64,000 nt of DNA from Callorhinchus milii (lineage: Eukaryota), in assembly GCF_018977255.1 (NCBI RefSeq), contig NW_024704742.1, forward strand, positions 124,188,001 to 124,252,000, in the 5' to 3' direction. The position numbers were made by a program, and so were the translations under genes. Positions within the stretch are counted from its first letter, which is position 1. Every line of letters starts with the position of its first letter. Shown here in pieces: positions 37,235 to 49,769 of the stretch. The notes below the pieces were generated by a model that made no database searches, was not told the origin of the DNA, and saw only the letters and a program-made list of their open reading frames with translations.

Positions 37235-37246
37235 ATGGATTATCTG
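37235..37246 (+). CDS. ARL15: Candidate ARL15 first coding exon (MDYL, phase-0 donor)
   Basis: ATGGATTATCTG followed by the donor gtatgt. Human ARL15 begins MSDLRITEAFLYMDYL-CFRALCCK, with exon 1 ending at MDYL as recalled. Position and orientation match HSPB3-ARL15 synteny. Only 12 nt, so support is limited. Confidence 0.6.
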
Positions 37247-38589
37247 GTATGTCTGTCTGATATATATATATATATATATATTATTTTTTTGACTGCTTTC
37301 CTGGCTTCCTGCCAAATGCGTATTTTCTTTCGCCTCTTCACTTGATTCTGGATCACCTTCGGCTTTGGTTTCCTCCTGGGCTGTGGCGTCCCAAACAATA
37401 AAGTGGGGGTTGCATGGGTTTTTGGCGGTGGAAAGTCCCTTCATCCACTGGGCTGCAATGAACGAGATTGTAATTAAGTTCTGTACCCCGCAAAATGCTT
37501 GTCTGATTTGTAGAATAATTGGTATTTTTAAACCGTGTTATTGTCCTTTGCCGCCTCCTGTTATTGTGGGATTTATGCCTGTGAGTTATTGTGAGCTAAG
37601 GCCACGTCTTGTGTGTGTAATCCTATTTTGTTCGGTATAATTATAATTGTGATCTTGGTCTCATTTCCTTGAAAATCATTGTTTTGGTGCAATACCTGAA
37701 GATTAAATCATCCCAGAGTTACAATAGATCTTGCATTTGGCATAGTGACATCGGGAGGCCGTTGCAAAGTGCTTCACGGATACATGGTAAAGTGGAGTGA
37801 CTGTGTATTTTGTGGGTGAAAACGGCAGGTAACTCGCCAACGGCAATGCTCCACAAACAGCCGTGAAGTGAGTGGCTAATTTCATTTGGGGGATTGTTGG
37901 CAAGGACATGTTACCATAGCTGTAAACATTGGCAATTTTGAGCTATTTGGAATTGAAAACACATTCAAAGGAAAATGTAGATTGAATCCCTACAGAATTC
38001 TTTGGCTTATTAGTACAATATCTTTACTTTATTAGCAATTTAATAATGACCGTGTATGCTTCAGTACAGTTTAAATGTAATTTACATACAGTTAGGCACA
38101 GAGCCATGGAGAACCTAATGTCAAGGTTATTACTTGACTTATCTATACAATATGGGTTAGTCAATACACTGGAGCTGGATGCATTCCATTGGAAGGTGTT
38201 GTCAACTGCACTGTCAATCTTTAGACAAGGTATAGTGTTATTGCAACTTTTATTGTTTTGTAAGTGTGGCGTGATATTTTCATGTAGTTGTGGCAATGTT
38301 TGGATGCTGATTGCCCAATAGATCTGAAAACACAAAAGTAAGTAAACAGGATCTCAACAGAATAAATCTTTCAATGATTGCTTTGTTAAAATGTAAAACG
38401 GAACAGCAAGGGTGGTGTCTCCTGTAATTGTATTATTTTTATTTTGTTTTCCCAGCATTTATAAATGGTTATTTTCTAAAACAGAGGGTAGTTGTGTAAT
38501 AGTTACTTCATTTACTGAAAACTATTGTAGGATGTATGACTATGACTTCTTATCAGCCAGGGCTGAATTTTTGGTTTTATGATTCTAAC

Positions 38590-39560
38590 TCGCCTTTGGC
38601 ACCAATTTCCCTCTCGCCAAACACACTCCATCAGGCTACACCTTTCATCATACGTACCCCAACTGTCATGGCAACAGCTTAGCATCTATTCCAGCTCCCA
38701 AATCAATCTATCCCCAAACTCCTTTGGTACTTGACTTCTTTTGAGTTCCTCACCCCTCCAATTTCTCCCTTAAAGCCCACATTGTCTGCTGCTCCCCTAA
38801 ATCACCAGGCACATTTCTCTCAGACATAACTCACTTATCTTCCCTCACCATCTGTTCCAAACAGCTCCTCATCTTGGGCAATGCCAACCTCCACTTCACC
38901 CCTGCTTGTCTCATTTTTGCTGACTTCTCCCTTTCCCTGAATCTCATCTTTCACATCTCTATGTCTCCACATAGCCACTCACTTGACCTGGTAATTACCT
39001 GAGACCTTTCCATTTCTGACAGCTCCGACAAAGATTGACCTCATTTCAGTCAACAGATCTGACTGCAACACACAAACATTGCACTCTCGTCTCAGCCAAA
39101 TTGTCTTTCTATCTCTAAGATCATTCTGGTAGGATAGGGGATCAAAAACGACCCTAGGCTCCTCTCTTCATCAGAAACCAATTCCTCCGCCCATCCCTCC
39201 ATCATTAGCTCCAACTCCAAATGCAAGGAGGTGATTGATGTCCTCCGGTCCCATACTGCATGGATTCGCTCAGCTGCCTCCATCTCTGCCAGCCCCTCGA
39301 TCCATACTTTTGATTCTAACTCCTCCTCATCCCCCTCTTTCCTCCAATGCTATAATGACTGATTGACTGTCAAATACAAAGTCCTCTATGAGCTCTAACT
39401 GCATTAATCTGCATCGACGCTCATTCCACCTCATGGAGCTGGTGCGGAACCTCAGGGCCGTGTTCGACTCCCAACAAACCGTACACCTGGGCTCTCAGCT
39501 TTCCTTCACCTCCATTTCTGCCACTACCTCTCTATCTTCAGTGCAACATCCTCCTAATCT
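38590..39560 (+). mobile_element. Highly decayed L2 fragments (endonuclease region and downstream pieces)
   Basis: C/T-rich strand with remnants LLILGNANLH, HSHSLDLVIT and VRNLRAVFDS. Confidence 0.55.
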
Positions 39561-42355
39561 AGGCATCAATCCCTCATGATCTCTAGCCCGCATGTATTGG
39601 AAAATCTCTTTTGTGTATGTCTAATGTCCCAATTACTAAATTCCTTTATTCAGTGAGGTCTTTAATTTTAAATCATTCTCTCTAATATTGGTGCTATTAA
39701 AAATAAAATGCCAGATGAGAACCTACTAACATGTTTATTTGGCATCAAATACTATTTTCAATAGTACAACAAACCTTCTCTAAGATACATTATATGCTTC
39801 CTGTATTTCAACTTTTTCACTTAAGCTTTCTTGCTGTTTTGCATTCCATTCAAAATACTTCTCGCTAGTAATTGAGCAGGTCATGCTATTTTTGGAAAGG
39901 TAGGACTCTACTGATGCATGCTCACGCATATATTGGTAGGGATTTGAAAATCTTGATCTTCTCTGAGCAATGATCTGTCACCATTATTATGATTGGAGAT
40001 AAATTAACTTGGCTGAAGATAAAGATATATATTTTAAAAGAATAAGAGGTGAATGCTGGGTTAGGCAGCTTTCACCCCGTATGAACAATTGCTTCCTCCT
40101 CCCTCCATTTTTGTGCATTTGTTTAAAAAATTCTATTAATTCTCTTGAGACCTCATCTTTCTTATTCTCTCTGTGCAGGAGAAAGCTGTTCCATTATCTA
40201 ATACGCACAAAACAAGTGCAGAAATTTGTATTGAGAATTGCCTAGGACGTTGGGTGCAAGGCGCCTGAGCTGGGAACAATCGTCAGCTGTTGAGTGTGAA
40301 GCAGTTCTGACGTGTCCTGAATTGGGTGATTTCTGATCAATAGGCAGAATTGTTTGGATACCAACTTCTGGTATGTCACGCAAAACTGTTCTCATGTGCA
40401 TTAGTTGATCCCATCAGAGTAATTCCTCAGTGCAAGGCTGCCAAGAGGGGGAATAATCCAAATTACGGACATCTTGTACCAGATTGGGAATTCTTAATGT
40501 AATTTGCTCTTTGATATCCTCCTCTAATAAATGTATTGTAAATACAGCTACCTCTCTCCTCACTGGAATTGAGTTTTAATGGAATTTAGAATACAATTAA
40601 ATAACGTGGATAAGTGGTATTAAGTGACATAATTTTATGATTTAAAAAAAACTGCACATGTTGGATATCTGAAATAAAAACAGAAGTTGCTGGGAACACT
40701 CAGCAGGTCAGGCAGCATCTATGGAGTGAGCAAAATGAGAGGAAAGTTTACTGTTTTGTGAGTTTCATCTTTGAGGTATGGGGAAGAGGTCTCTCTCTAA
40801 ATGTCTTGTTTGGGGGGAGACCTTCTCTGGTTTGAGCTGCCTCCAAGATTATGTCTTTGGAAATGGAATATTGTAATCGTGTCAACTCTCTGTGATTGTC
40901 TCAGTAGTCTGGTTCCTGAGCCAGGCAGGTCCACAATTCTCCAAGGCACTGTTGATGGCAGACCGGATAGCCTGACTTGTACGTAAGACTTGGAGGTACA
41001 GAGATTTATTCCACTCGTCTCCTATTATTTCCTCCAAACCAAATTCCTAACTGGTAGGGTGGTCTGAGCTGGACAAGCAATGGGAAGTTTGCCAGATAGT
41101 GCTCAAGGTGGCAAGCTATGTGGTTTTAATAATAATAATCCTTGCATTTAATATAGCGCCTTATCACGTCATTGAGAGATTGCAAAGCACTTCACTGAAT
41201 ATACCATAAAGTGAATCAACTGTATATTTAACTCCCAACAGTACCCCGGCATACATTGTGGCATCCTCAAGCCTTAGCTCTTGTCAACCTGCACCTAATA
41301 CTCTAGGGAGGGAGTGTACATTCCATTCTGGACACAGGGAATTTGCCATGGCATACATACGTGAAATTCTCAGTTTGGTTTGAATACTCGTAAGCATGGT
41401 AAAAAGTTTCTGCATTTGTTCAGACACACAGTTGACCAAAACAATGACATTTTACCTTTAATTGTGCCAATATGTGTACAATATTGTATTTAATGTAATG
41501 CATGGAGCCTGTCAGAAACTAAAGCTAACAGTGTGTAAAATAACTCATTGAAAGGAATTCTACAGAGGTATTGCAAGAGAGAAACAGAGGTCTCTCACTA
41601 AATGTCTTGTTTGGTTTTAAATAACAAAATTGAAAAATCTAATGACTAAAATAAATACAATGTCAAATTGCAAACCTAGAGTAGTTTTTATTCTCGTTTT
41701 TGTTGCTTATTAGAAATACTAAGAAAAGAATTTAGAGCACCTTTTATTTTCTAGCTCTGTATGTGAGGGAATTTTTACACAGGCCAGCACTAATGGTTCT
41801 GACAAAAATCTGGCTTCCCTGATCTCCATCACTGCTAAAAGCAAACAGTTTTTATTTGGCTGCATGATCGACCAGATGAATATTTAAATCACAATTGAAA
41901 TATCTTTCTAGCACTTTTGTTTACATCACCGCTGCCTTAATGCTCAAGAATACCGGGGCAGAATTACCATATATAGCACTGATACTTAAAGTGATTCCTT
42001 CTGATTTGGAATTTGCTGCTTGTTGGCGATAGTTTAAGTAGTTTTGAAAATATTTCTCTATTGTATTCATGGACCGGGGTGTGTTTGGGGTGTGTTCTTA
42101 TCTCTTAAGAGACATGTTTTGGGGGTCAGCAGTGTGTCTGACTCACACGGAAACCTATCAACTTGTTTGAAATTATCCAAATCAGATAGAGTTCCACCTA
42201 GGTACTTATGCATGGAAATTTCCCAGGGTCTGAATGTGCATTCTCTCCCTGGAGTGATGCACCCTGCTTACCTGCAGAGTATATGATTCAGGTTAGTGAG
42301 AGCCAAAGTTTTGGAATTTCAAAACATGTGTTGAAATACTGATGGAGTTTAAAAA

Positions 42356-42790
42356 AATTGATCCTTGCATTTGGAAAAGCACCTTCCACGTCAGCACGAT
42401 GTCCCAAAGCACTTCACAGAATATCCTGTGAAGTGCATTAACTGCATCTTGGAGGCAAAAGTGGAAGCCCAATTGCATACAACAATGTCCCATAAATAGT
42501 CATGAAATGAAAGACCCATTTTATTAGGGGATTGTTGGCCAGGATACCAGGAGAAACTCCCTTCTCTTTTCGGATAGTTTAACGGGATTTTTAACGCTCA
42601 CCTAAACAGCCTGACGTGACCTCAGTTTAACGTCTAATCCAAAGTACAGCACCTCTGACAATGCAACACTGCCTCGGGACTGTGTTGGAGTGTCAACTTA
42701 GTTAGATGAGTTCAAGTCCCAAAGTGTAGCTTGAAACCACAGCCTTCTGACCTTCTGAGGCAAGAGTGTTACCATTAAGCCTGGCTGACA
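42356..42790 (-). mobile_element. Deu-domain tRNA SINE, near full length
   Basis: Tail at 42360, core cctcagtttaacgtctaatccaaagtacagcacctctgacaatgca, head ccttctgaccttctgaggcaagagtgttacca. Confidence 0.78.
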
Positions 42791-43429
42791 CACAGTTGTG
42801 CTTAACCAGTTACTACTGCATTGCTTACCATTGAAAGCACTGATTGTCAAACTTACCACTGCTTGTCCAGCTTGGATCATCCTACCCATTAGAGCTTTGC
42901 CTTGCAGGGTTAATGGAAACTGAGTGGGAAGAACCTCCCCTCCACCTTCCCCTTAAATGAAGTCTGGACCTCCAAGTCCTGAAGAGCCAGTCTAGCTCTT
43001 CTCTCACTTAGTACCTTGGAATACTGTGGACCCACTTGGCTCAGGAACCTGAGCCTGCCCCAGAGGGTTGACTTCATTCTGATATTCCGCTGCCAAGCTT
43101 AGAGTCAGCTCTGCCCCAAACATTTGATCCAAAGCAAAATGTGTGTCCCATCACTCTGCTTTCAGTGCAGGTTATACAGTAAGTATGATAGTCTATGTAC
43201 TTACTACAACACATCAACAACTTGCAGTTCTATAGTGTTTATATGTAGGTAATTATATGTAGGTAATTATATGGTTGCTTGAAAGATATAAATGCAATTT
43301 ATTGTACTATTTTCCTACTTCTGCATATATGTGATGCTACAAAGGAAGCAAAATACTATTTTGGACATTGTCAGTGCTATATTAAAACTGTTGCCTGTCT
43401 CCATGCCTTCAATAATGACATGCCTTATA

Positions 43430-43802
43430 TCTTCAAGATCATGAAAGGTTTTGACAGGCCAGATAGGGAAAAGCTGTTTCCGCTGGTAGGTGTGTCTGTG
43501 ACTCGTGGTCACAGTCTTATGATATCTACCAAAAGAAGCAGAGGGGAGGTCAGAAGAAATGTTTTCACTCAGCGAGTTGTTAAAATTTGGAATGATCTGC
43601 CTGAAAGGGCAGTGAAGTCTGATTCGATAACAGCTTTTAAGAGAGAACTGGATAGGTATCTGGGGAAGACAGGTTTGCAGGGTTATGGGGAGAAAGCTGG
43701 TGAGTTGGGTTAATAAAAGTCAGTTGCTCTATCAAAGAGCCGGCACAGACTCGATGGGCCGAGTGGCCTCCTTCTGTGCCGTAACATTCTATGATTCTAT
43801 GA
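43430..43802 (+). mobile_element. CR1 LINE 3' end
   Basis: FKIMKGFDRPDREKLFPL...TRGHSL...FTQRVVKIWNDLP, ending in (ATTCTATG)2. Confidence 0.92.
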
Positions 43803-44574
43803 TTATGCTACTAGTCATAGAATCATTAAAAATGTATTAATGTTTACATGCCACAAATACCATTAGTAACACACGTGTTGCAATATACTCCACTTAGTAA
43901 CACAATGACCATAAAATCTGCCTTATCTTTTAATTGCAGCGAAACCCTTAAAGGGTACACTAAACTAAAGGTCCTCTAAAATTATCATATTAATCTTTCT
44001 CATTGTCAGCTACTTTATTACTTTGTTATGACAATAACCTGCGACTTCCTTACTATTTATAATATAACCTGAATGTTGGGACTCATAGATTTTGCCTGGG
44101 ATCATATCTGTCAACAGTATGACAAATATACTGAATGTTCTTTTTGTCTTATTTAACCTGTTTTCCATTGTATTACGTGCGGTTGAGAATGTGTATTTAT
44201 AACTTGCCTGTGAGCTCCTGCATTCTAGAGGTGATATCTATTCTTTATGGATTTCTACAATGTGTTGTAAAAAGAGGATGTTGCCGTTTTGTTCAAATAA
44301 GGTGACTGAAGCTTAAGTTTGTTGTGGGAATTGAACAGATTTGTTTTGGTTTCACCTAATCTGTGACTACATCTTAAATGGTGAATAAAGCAGAAATAAA
44401 TCAAAATTCTCCATTAATGAATTTGAGGTTTGAATGACTGGTTAATGCAATGGGATGATTATACCCCATTATCTCAGTTTTGCAGTACTTTTAACAATTA
44501 TAGTTTATATCTTCTAACCCAAAGTGAATAAGGAATTAATATTTTTTTGTGCATGATTTGAGTTGGAACCTTTT

Positions 44575-45985
44575 TTGACCTCTCCTCTGCGGTCACCTTT
44601 CTCCTCCATTCTTGATTCCCTCGCTCCCCTCTCTTCCCGAACCGTCTCCTACTCACGCAAATCAGCTTGGTACACCAGCCACCTCCGCCCCCTTAAAGCC
44701 CAGGCGCGGTCCGCTGAGCGCACCTGGCTTAAATCAAACCTAACTGTCCATCGGAAGATTTAGCTGGACCTTGTCAAATCCTACCGTTCCGCCCTTGCCT
44801 CCGCTAAATCGTTGTTCTACTCTAAGACAATCTTGGAGGCTAAGGACAACCCCAGGCTCCTCTTCCCCATCTACAACCAGCTCCTCTACCCATCCTCACC
44901 TCAAATGCCAACTACGAGACGATGTTGGACTTCCTCGAATCCAAAGGCGAGGGAATCCGCTCAGCTGCCTCTGCCACTGCAACTGCTAACCCCCTCCATC
45001 TCCTCTTCCCGCCCCAGCCCCTACCCACCCCTCCCTCCACATCTTTGAAACCATCTCCTTCCTCTTTCATCACCACCATAATCCGTATGAAACCCACCAC
45101 CTGCTCCCTCGACCCCATCCCTACACCCCTCCTTACCTCCCATCTCCACCTCCTTGCCCTTGTGCTAACTAACATCGTAAACCTCTCCCTGTCCTCTGGT
45201 ACTGTATCCCACCCTTTAAAAAACGCTGTCATCACTCTTATCCTTAAAAAAACCCTCCCTGGACCCTTCTCTACTCCCTAACTATCTACCCATCTCCAAC
45301 CGCCCCTTCCTATCCAAGGTCCTGGAATGAGTTGTTGCTTCTCAGCTTCGCTCCTTCCTCTCCCACCACTCCCTTCTCGAACCCCTCCAATAGGGCTTCC
45401 ATGCCGCCCACAGCACAAAAACCACCCTGGTCAAAGTGACAAATGACATTCTGTTTATCTGCATCCAGGGCTCCCTCTGCCTCCTCGTCCTCCTTGACCT
45501 CTCTGCTGCTTTCGACACCGTCGACAACTCTGTCCTCATCCACCGTCTCTCCTCTCACCTCAACCTTTGGCTCTGTCTTTGATTGGTTCAGATTGTACCT
45601 CTCACACCGCCTGCACTTCATCTCTTCAAACGGCTTCTCCTCTAGCCCCCGGACCGTCTTGTGCAGTGTTCCTCAGGGCTCTGTCCTTGATCCTCTCCTC
45701 TTCAACATCTATATGCTCCCTCTTGGTGACATCATTCGTAGACATGAGGTCAATTTCCACATGTATGCGGATGACACCCAACTCTACCTCTCTGCCTCCA
45801 CCCTTGACTCCAGGACCACTGCTGTCCTGACAGAATGTCTGTCAGACATCAAGTCCTGGATGAGAGCTAACTTTCTTCAGTTGAACGTCAACAAGACTGA
45901 GGTTCTCCTGATTGACTCCTGTCGGTGCCTCCACACCTGAGGCGTTGACAGCATCACCATCCATGGTTGCACACTCCACCTTTCT
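44575..45985 (+). mobile_element. L2 LINE ORF2 fragment with reverse-transcriptase core (disrupted)
   Basis: [55 protein letters not shown] and DIKSWMRANFLQLNVNKTE, with stops and frameshifts. Truncated by a SINE tail at ~46000-46148. Confidence 0.95.
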
Positions 45986-46859
45986 ATTAGAAAGATTCTT
46001 ATCACTTTGTGGGACACTCTGTGCGCAATTGGCTGCCGCGTTTTGCCCGCAAAATATAGTCAATGCACTTCATGATATATTCTGTGAAGCGCTTTGAGAC
46101 ATGTCGAAGATGTGATATGGCATTATATCAAATTCAAGGATTATTATTGGTATTGCAATACTTTAATCCAAATTTTAGCTTGCAGAATATATGTTGCTTC
46201 TCAGTCATTTCCAGACTTTTTTTTCTGGAAGTCTCATCCTTTGCAATCATAATTAGAACATTCCACAACAGCCTTATATAAAGCCTTATGCAAAAATGTG
46301 TACCTTGTTACGTTTGCTGTAAATAAGTGCTGATGATAAATTATCTACAGTGGATTTGCACTTGGTGTTTTGACAAAAAAAAGTCTTGATTATGTGTTAA
46401 CACGAATCTTAGATTTTCCATCCAGTGGATAATGAAGAGCAAATGTCCATTGACACAGATATTCGAACTTGATTGAATTTAAGCAAGGACGACTGGTACC
46501 TCTATTGTTTTTCCGACAGAGCCATGTTTTATTTCCATTTTAGGCTAGATAATGATCCTTACATTTAATATAGTGCCTTTGACGTAGTGCCTTTCATGTT
46601 GGAAGGATGTCTCAAAGCTTATAAATAGTAGAATCATTGGTTATCAAATATACAAACATATTTTGGAACTGATGACTAATAATGGTAGGGACTACATAAG
46701 AAATCAGGAAGCGATGAATATCTGCTATTTCACTATCCAGATACAGAAAGAGCAAAACAGACAATTCAAATTAAGAACAACCAGTACTGGCAGAACAGGG
46801 AAAATAGAAATAAGCAGAGATAAGGCCTAACCAATTGGCAAACATCGCAAGCAGGATCA

Positions 46860-46978
46860 GTCAGGCAGCATCTACGGAAAAGGAAAGTGAAGGGTCGTGG
46901 ACCCAAAACTTTGACTCACTTTCTTTTCTCCATAGGTGCTGCCTGACCCACTGAGTGTTCCCAGCGACTTCTGTTTTT
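46860..46978. repeat. Palindromic repeat (Penelope-like derivative suspected)
   Basis: gtcaggcagcatctacggaaaaggaaagtga pairs with tcactttcttttctccataggtgctgcctgac. A half-copy lies at ~40670-40730. Confidence 0.6.
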
Positions 46979-47865
46979 GCCCCAAATAAAATTGGTCAGT
47001 CACTACATGGCTGTTAGTGGGACATAGCTGTGCGCAACTGGCTGCCACATTCATCCACAAAATAGTCAATTCATTTCACAGTATATCCTGTGACATGCTT
47101 TGAGACATCTCGATGATGTGATAAGGCTTTATATCAAATGCAAGGATTATATTATTTCCCCCCTTCTCCCCGACTTGGGATACAACAGTCAGTTGTATGA
47201 AACGATTAAAAATGTCCTCCTGACATGAAATAACTTTACCTTAATGTAAAGCTTGTTTTGTTTGTATAGTATTAGAGTGTTTCTGTTACTCTGCCAATGC
47301 CACCAGATGTGAGCAGGTTGCAAGAATTTTGGCTGTAATTCTCCTTTCTAACTACAGTCTGATCCAATTTTCTGATCGCGACATACATCTGTTTTCCAGG
47401 TTCATAATTATTTATAATCATCAGAGAAGAATGAGACTGACGCTTTTGTTAATTCTAAAATTCTATTTAAACCTTGCCCAAGCTATAATTCAACTTTCTG
47501 TTTAATATTGATGCTCTTCAATCAACATGTTCTACTTATATCTTGGTAAAGTTGGTACACATTTTAGGTAGCATTTCTTTGTGTAGTGTTGTGTTTTCAG
47601 CATGAGACAGAGACATGCAACAAGCTAAGAAATCTGTATGTGTGAGTGAATGTTTTGCAATACATAATAAGGAGGAACAGAGACTTTGGGAACTATGCTT
47701 AACACTTTCACAAAATAGCTACATAAAGATAACTTGGTTCTATCATGGTAAACATAACAGAGTGAATAGGAACACAAACCAAATAGGATGCAGATACGCT
47801 GGGTTGTAAATGTGGAGAGGGAAGATGAATGACTGAGCAGGAATAGACTCAAGATAGTAATAACA

Positions 47866-48230
47866 TATAATAATTTTTGCATTTGATATAGTGCTTTTCA
47901 CGTCTTCTAGACGTCTCAAAGCGCTTCACAGAATAGACTCTAAAATCAATCGACTGTATATTTGTGGGCGAAACGCAGCAGCCGATTTGGTCACTCAATC
48001 CACAAACAGTTGTGGATTGAGTGAACAAATTATTATTTTTTTTGTTTGAGGGATTATTATCCCGGGAAAAGCGATCCTCCAATCGACTAACAACCAGGTT
48101 CCTACTTACTCCACACGCCTGTTTAGCAAGCAGTAAGGAAACTTGCCCAACATTTCGCCCTTTGGAAATCTAACCCAAGTCTATTGCTTGTGAGGCGAGT
48201 GCTCTAACCACTGAGCTACAGGACTCCACA
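47866..48230 (-). mobile_element. Full-length tRNA SINE (long variant)
   Basis: Ends gagtgctctaaccactgagctacaggactccaca, the reverse complement of the SINE head. Confidence 0.92.
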
Positions 48231-48373
48231 CAGCAACACACAGATAGAGTTGTATGTGATGCGGGGCGCGTGGGTGGACAGAAATGGAAATACGCCCCCC
48301 CCCCCCCTCCCCAAGAGGGTCTCTCAACCACCCAGAGAGGGTCTCTCATTAAACCCCTGCCTAGGATCTCACC

Positions 48374-48545
48374 CCCTCACACCCCCAACCCGCGAGGGTC
48401 TATCAGCCCCTCACACCCCCAACCCGCGAGGGTCTATCAGCCCCTCACACCCCCAACCCGCCAGGGTCTATCAGCCCCTCACACCCCCAACCCGCGAGGG
48501 TCTATCAGCCCCTCACACCCCCAACCCGCCAGGGTCTATCACCCT
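48374..48545. repeat. 34-bp minisatellite, about 5 copies (CCCCTCACACCCCCAACCCGCSAGGGTCTATCAG)
   Basis: gggtctatc recurs at 48396, 48430, 48464, 48498 and 48532. Confidence 0.93.
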
Positions 48546-48854
48546 CTCCCCCACCCAGAGAGGTTCTCTCATTAACCCCCCAGAAAGAATCTCTCATTAC
48601 TCTCCCCTCCCTCCCCCCCCCACCCACAGAGGGTCTCTCATTATACCTCCCCCCCACCCCCTCCCCCCCCCCACACACACAGAAGGTGCTCAGCACCCGA
48701 CCCCAGCACGAGAGGGTTTCTCGCCCCCCAGGGAGAGGGTCTGTCAATACCACCCGGAAAGGGTCTGTCACTGGCCCCCAAGTGTGTACCCCTCCCCCCC
48801 CCCCCAGTGGGCCCCCTCCCTCTCAGTGTGTGGCCCGGGGCGGGGGCCGGGAAG

Positions 48855-48908
48855 ATGGCGGAGTGGCTGCAGGTGGCGGTCGCGGTCTGCAGGATCGGCG
48901 CCTACACG
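48855..48908 (+). CDS. Candidate first coding exon MAEWLQVAVAVCRIGAYT (phase 0), probably an alternative ARL15 N-terminus
   Basis: Strong start context aagATGG inside a CpG island, 18 codons with G or C at every third position, and a donor ACG|gtagga. It has the same phase and strand as the MDYL exon. The ARL15 assignment is by position only. Confidence 0.6.
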
Positions 48909-49769
48909 GTAGGAGCTGCTGACCTGAGGCTCGGGGGCGGTGGGTAGGGGGGGCGAGGCCGGGGCCGGGGCCGGGGCTGAGCCGGGGGGGGGGGGGCAGA
49001 GGCCTGTCTGCCGGATCCGGGGCCTGGAAGCCGCCCCGGGTCGGCGTCTGACCGGCCCCGGGGGCTGGGGGCCAGGCCTGGGGTTGGTGGGGGGGGGCAA
49101 ATCCCCGCTCACATCGTTCATAAACACACAGAAAACTGAGGAAATCAAACCAACTATTATTATTATTATTGTTAATTATTATTATTATCAATCGCAGAAA
49201 AACGCCGACTGGGTCATTGATCGACAATCCTCCTCGTGGGGGGGGGGGAGCCCCCACATCATCATCATCATCAATAGTAATAGTTAATAATTAATATTAA
49301 TTATTAATGATCCTCGCATTTGATATGCAATAAAAACACCTCGCGTTCACGTAGGGACCTTCACGCAGCGTGGCGGAAGGTTCCGGAGCCTGACAACGAG
49401 CCGTGGGGGGAAGGGGAGGGGGAGGGGGGGCGGGAGGTCACCGTAACCACGGTCAAAAAGGAGGGATTTTAAGGGAGGGACGGATGGAGGGAGGGAGGGA
49501 GGGCGAGGGATTGAGGGAGGGAGTTTCGGGGCGGAGTGGCCGTAGTCACGGCCACCGATGGCGGACCGGACCGGACAAGCAGACGGCCGGAGCCAGCGAG
49601 TGGAGGCGGCGGGTGGGGGTAGTGGGGGGGGGGGGGGGTAAGCGAGGGCATGAGGGGATTTGAAATCTTGAAATCGATCCGTTCAGTAATTGGGAGCGAG
49701 GACTGATGTAATGCGGGTCCGGAGTTTTGTGCGGGTGAGCATCCAGGCGGCAGGAGTTGTGATATACAA

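Larger units (their letters stand above)
48250..49700 (+). promoter_or_regulatory. CpG island; second promoter candidate (ARL15 alternative start)
   Basis: The highest CpG density in the window, with GC boxes and G-runs. A YY1/Kozak-type AAGATGGCGG overlaps the ATG at 48855. Confidence 0.75.

Noticed and set aside
44575..45985. Active or domesticated reverse transcriptase
   Set aside because: In-frame stops, frameshifts and truncation mark it as a dead L2 copy.
48250..49287. Pro/Gly-rich ORFs of 78-220 aa across the CpG island
   Set aside because: They arise from the minisatellite and high GC content, with no recognisable domain.
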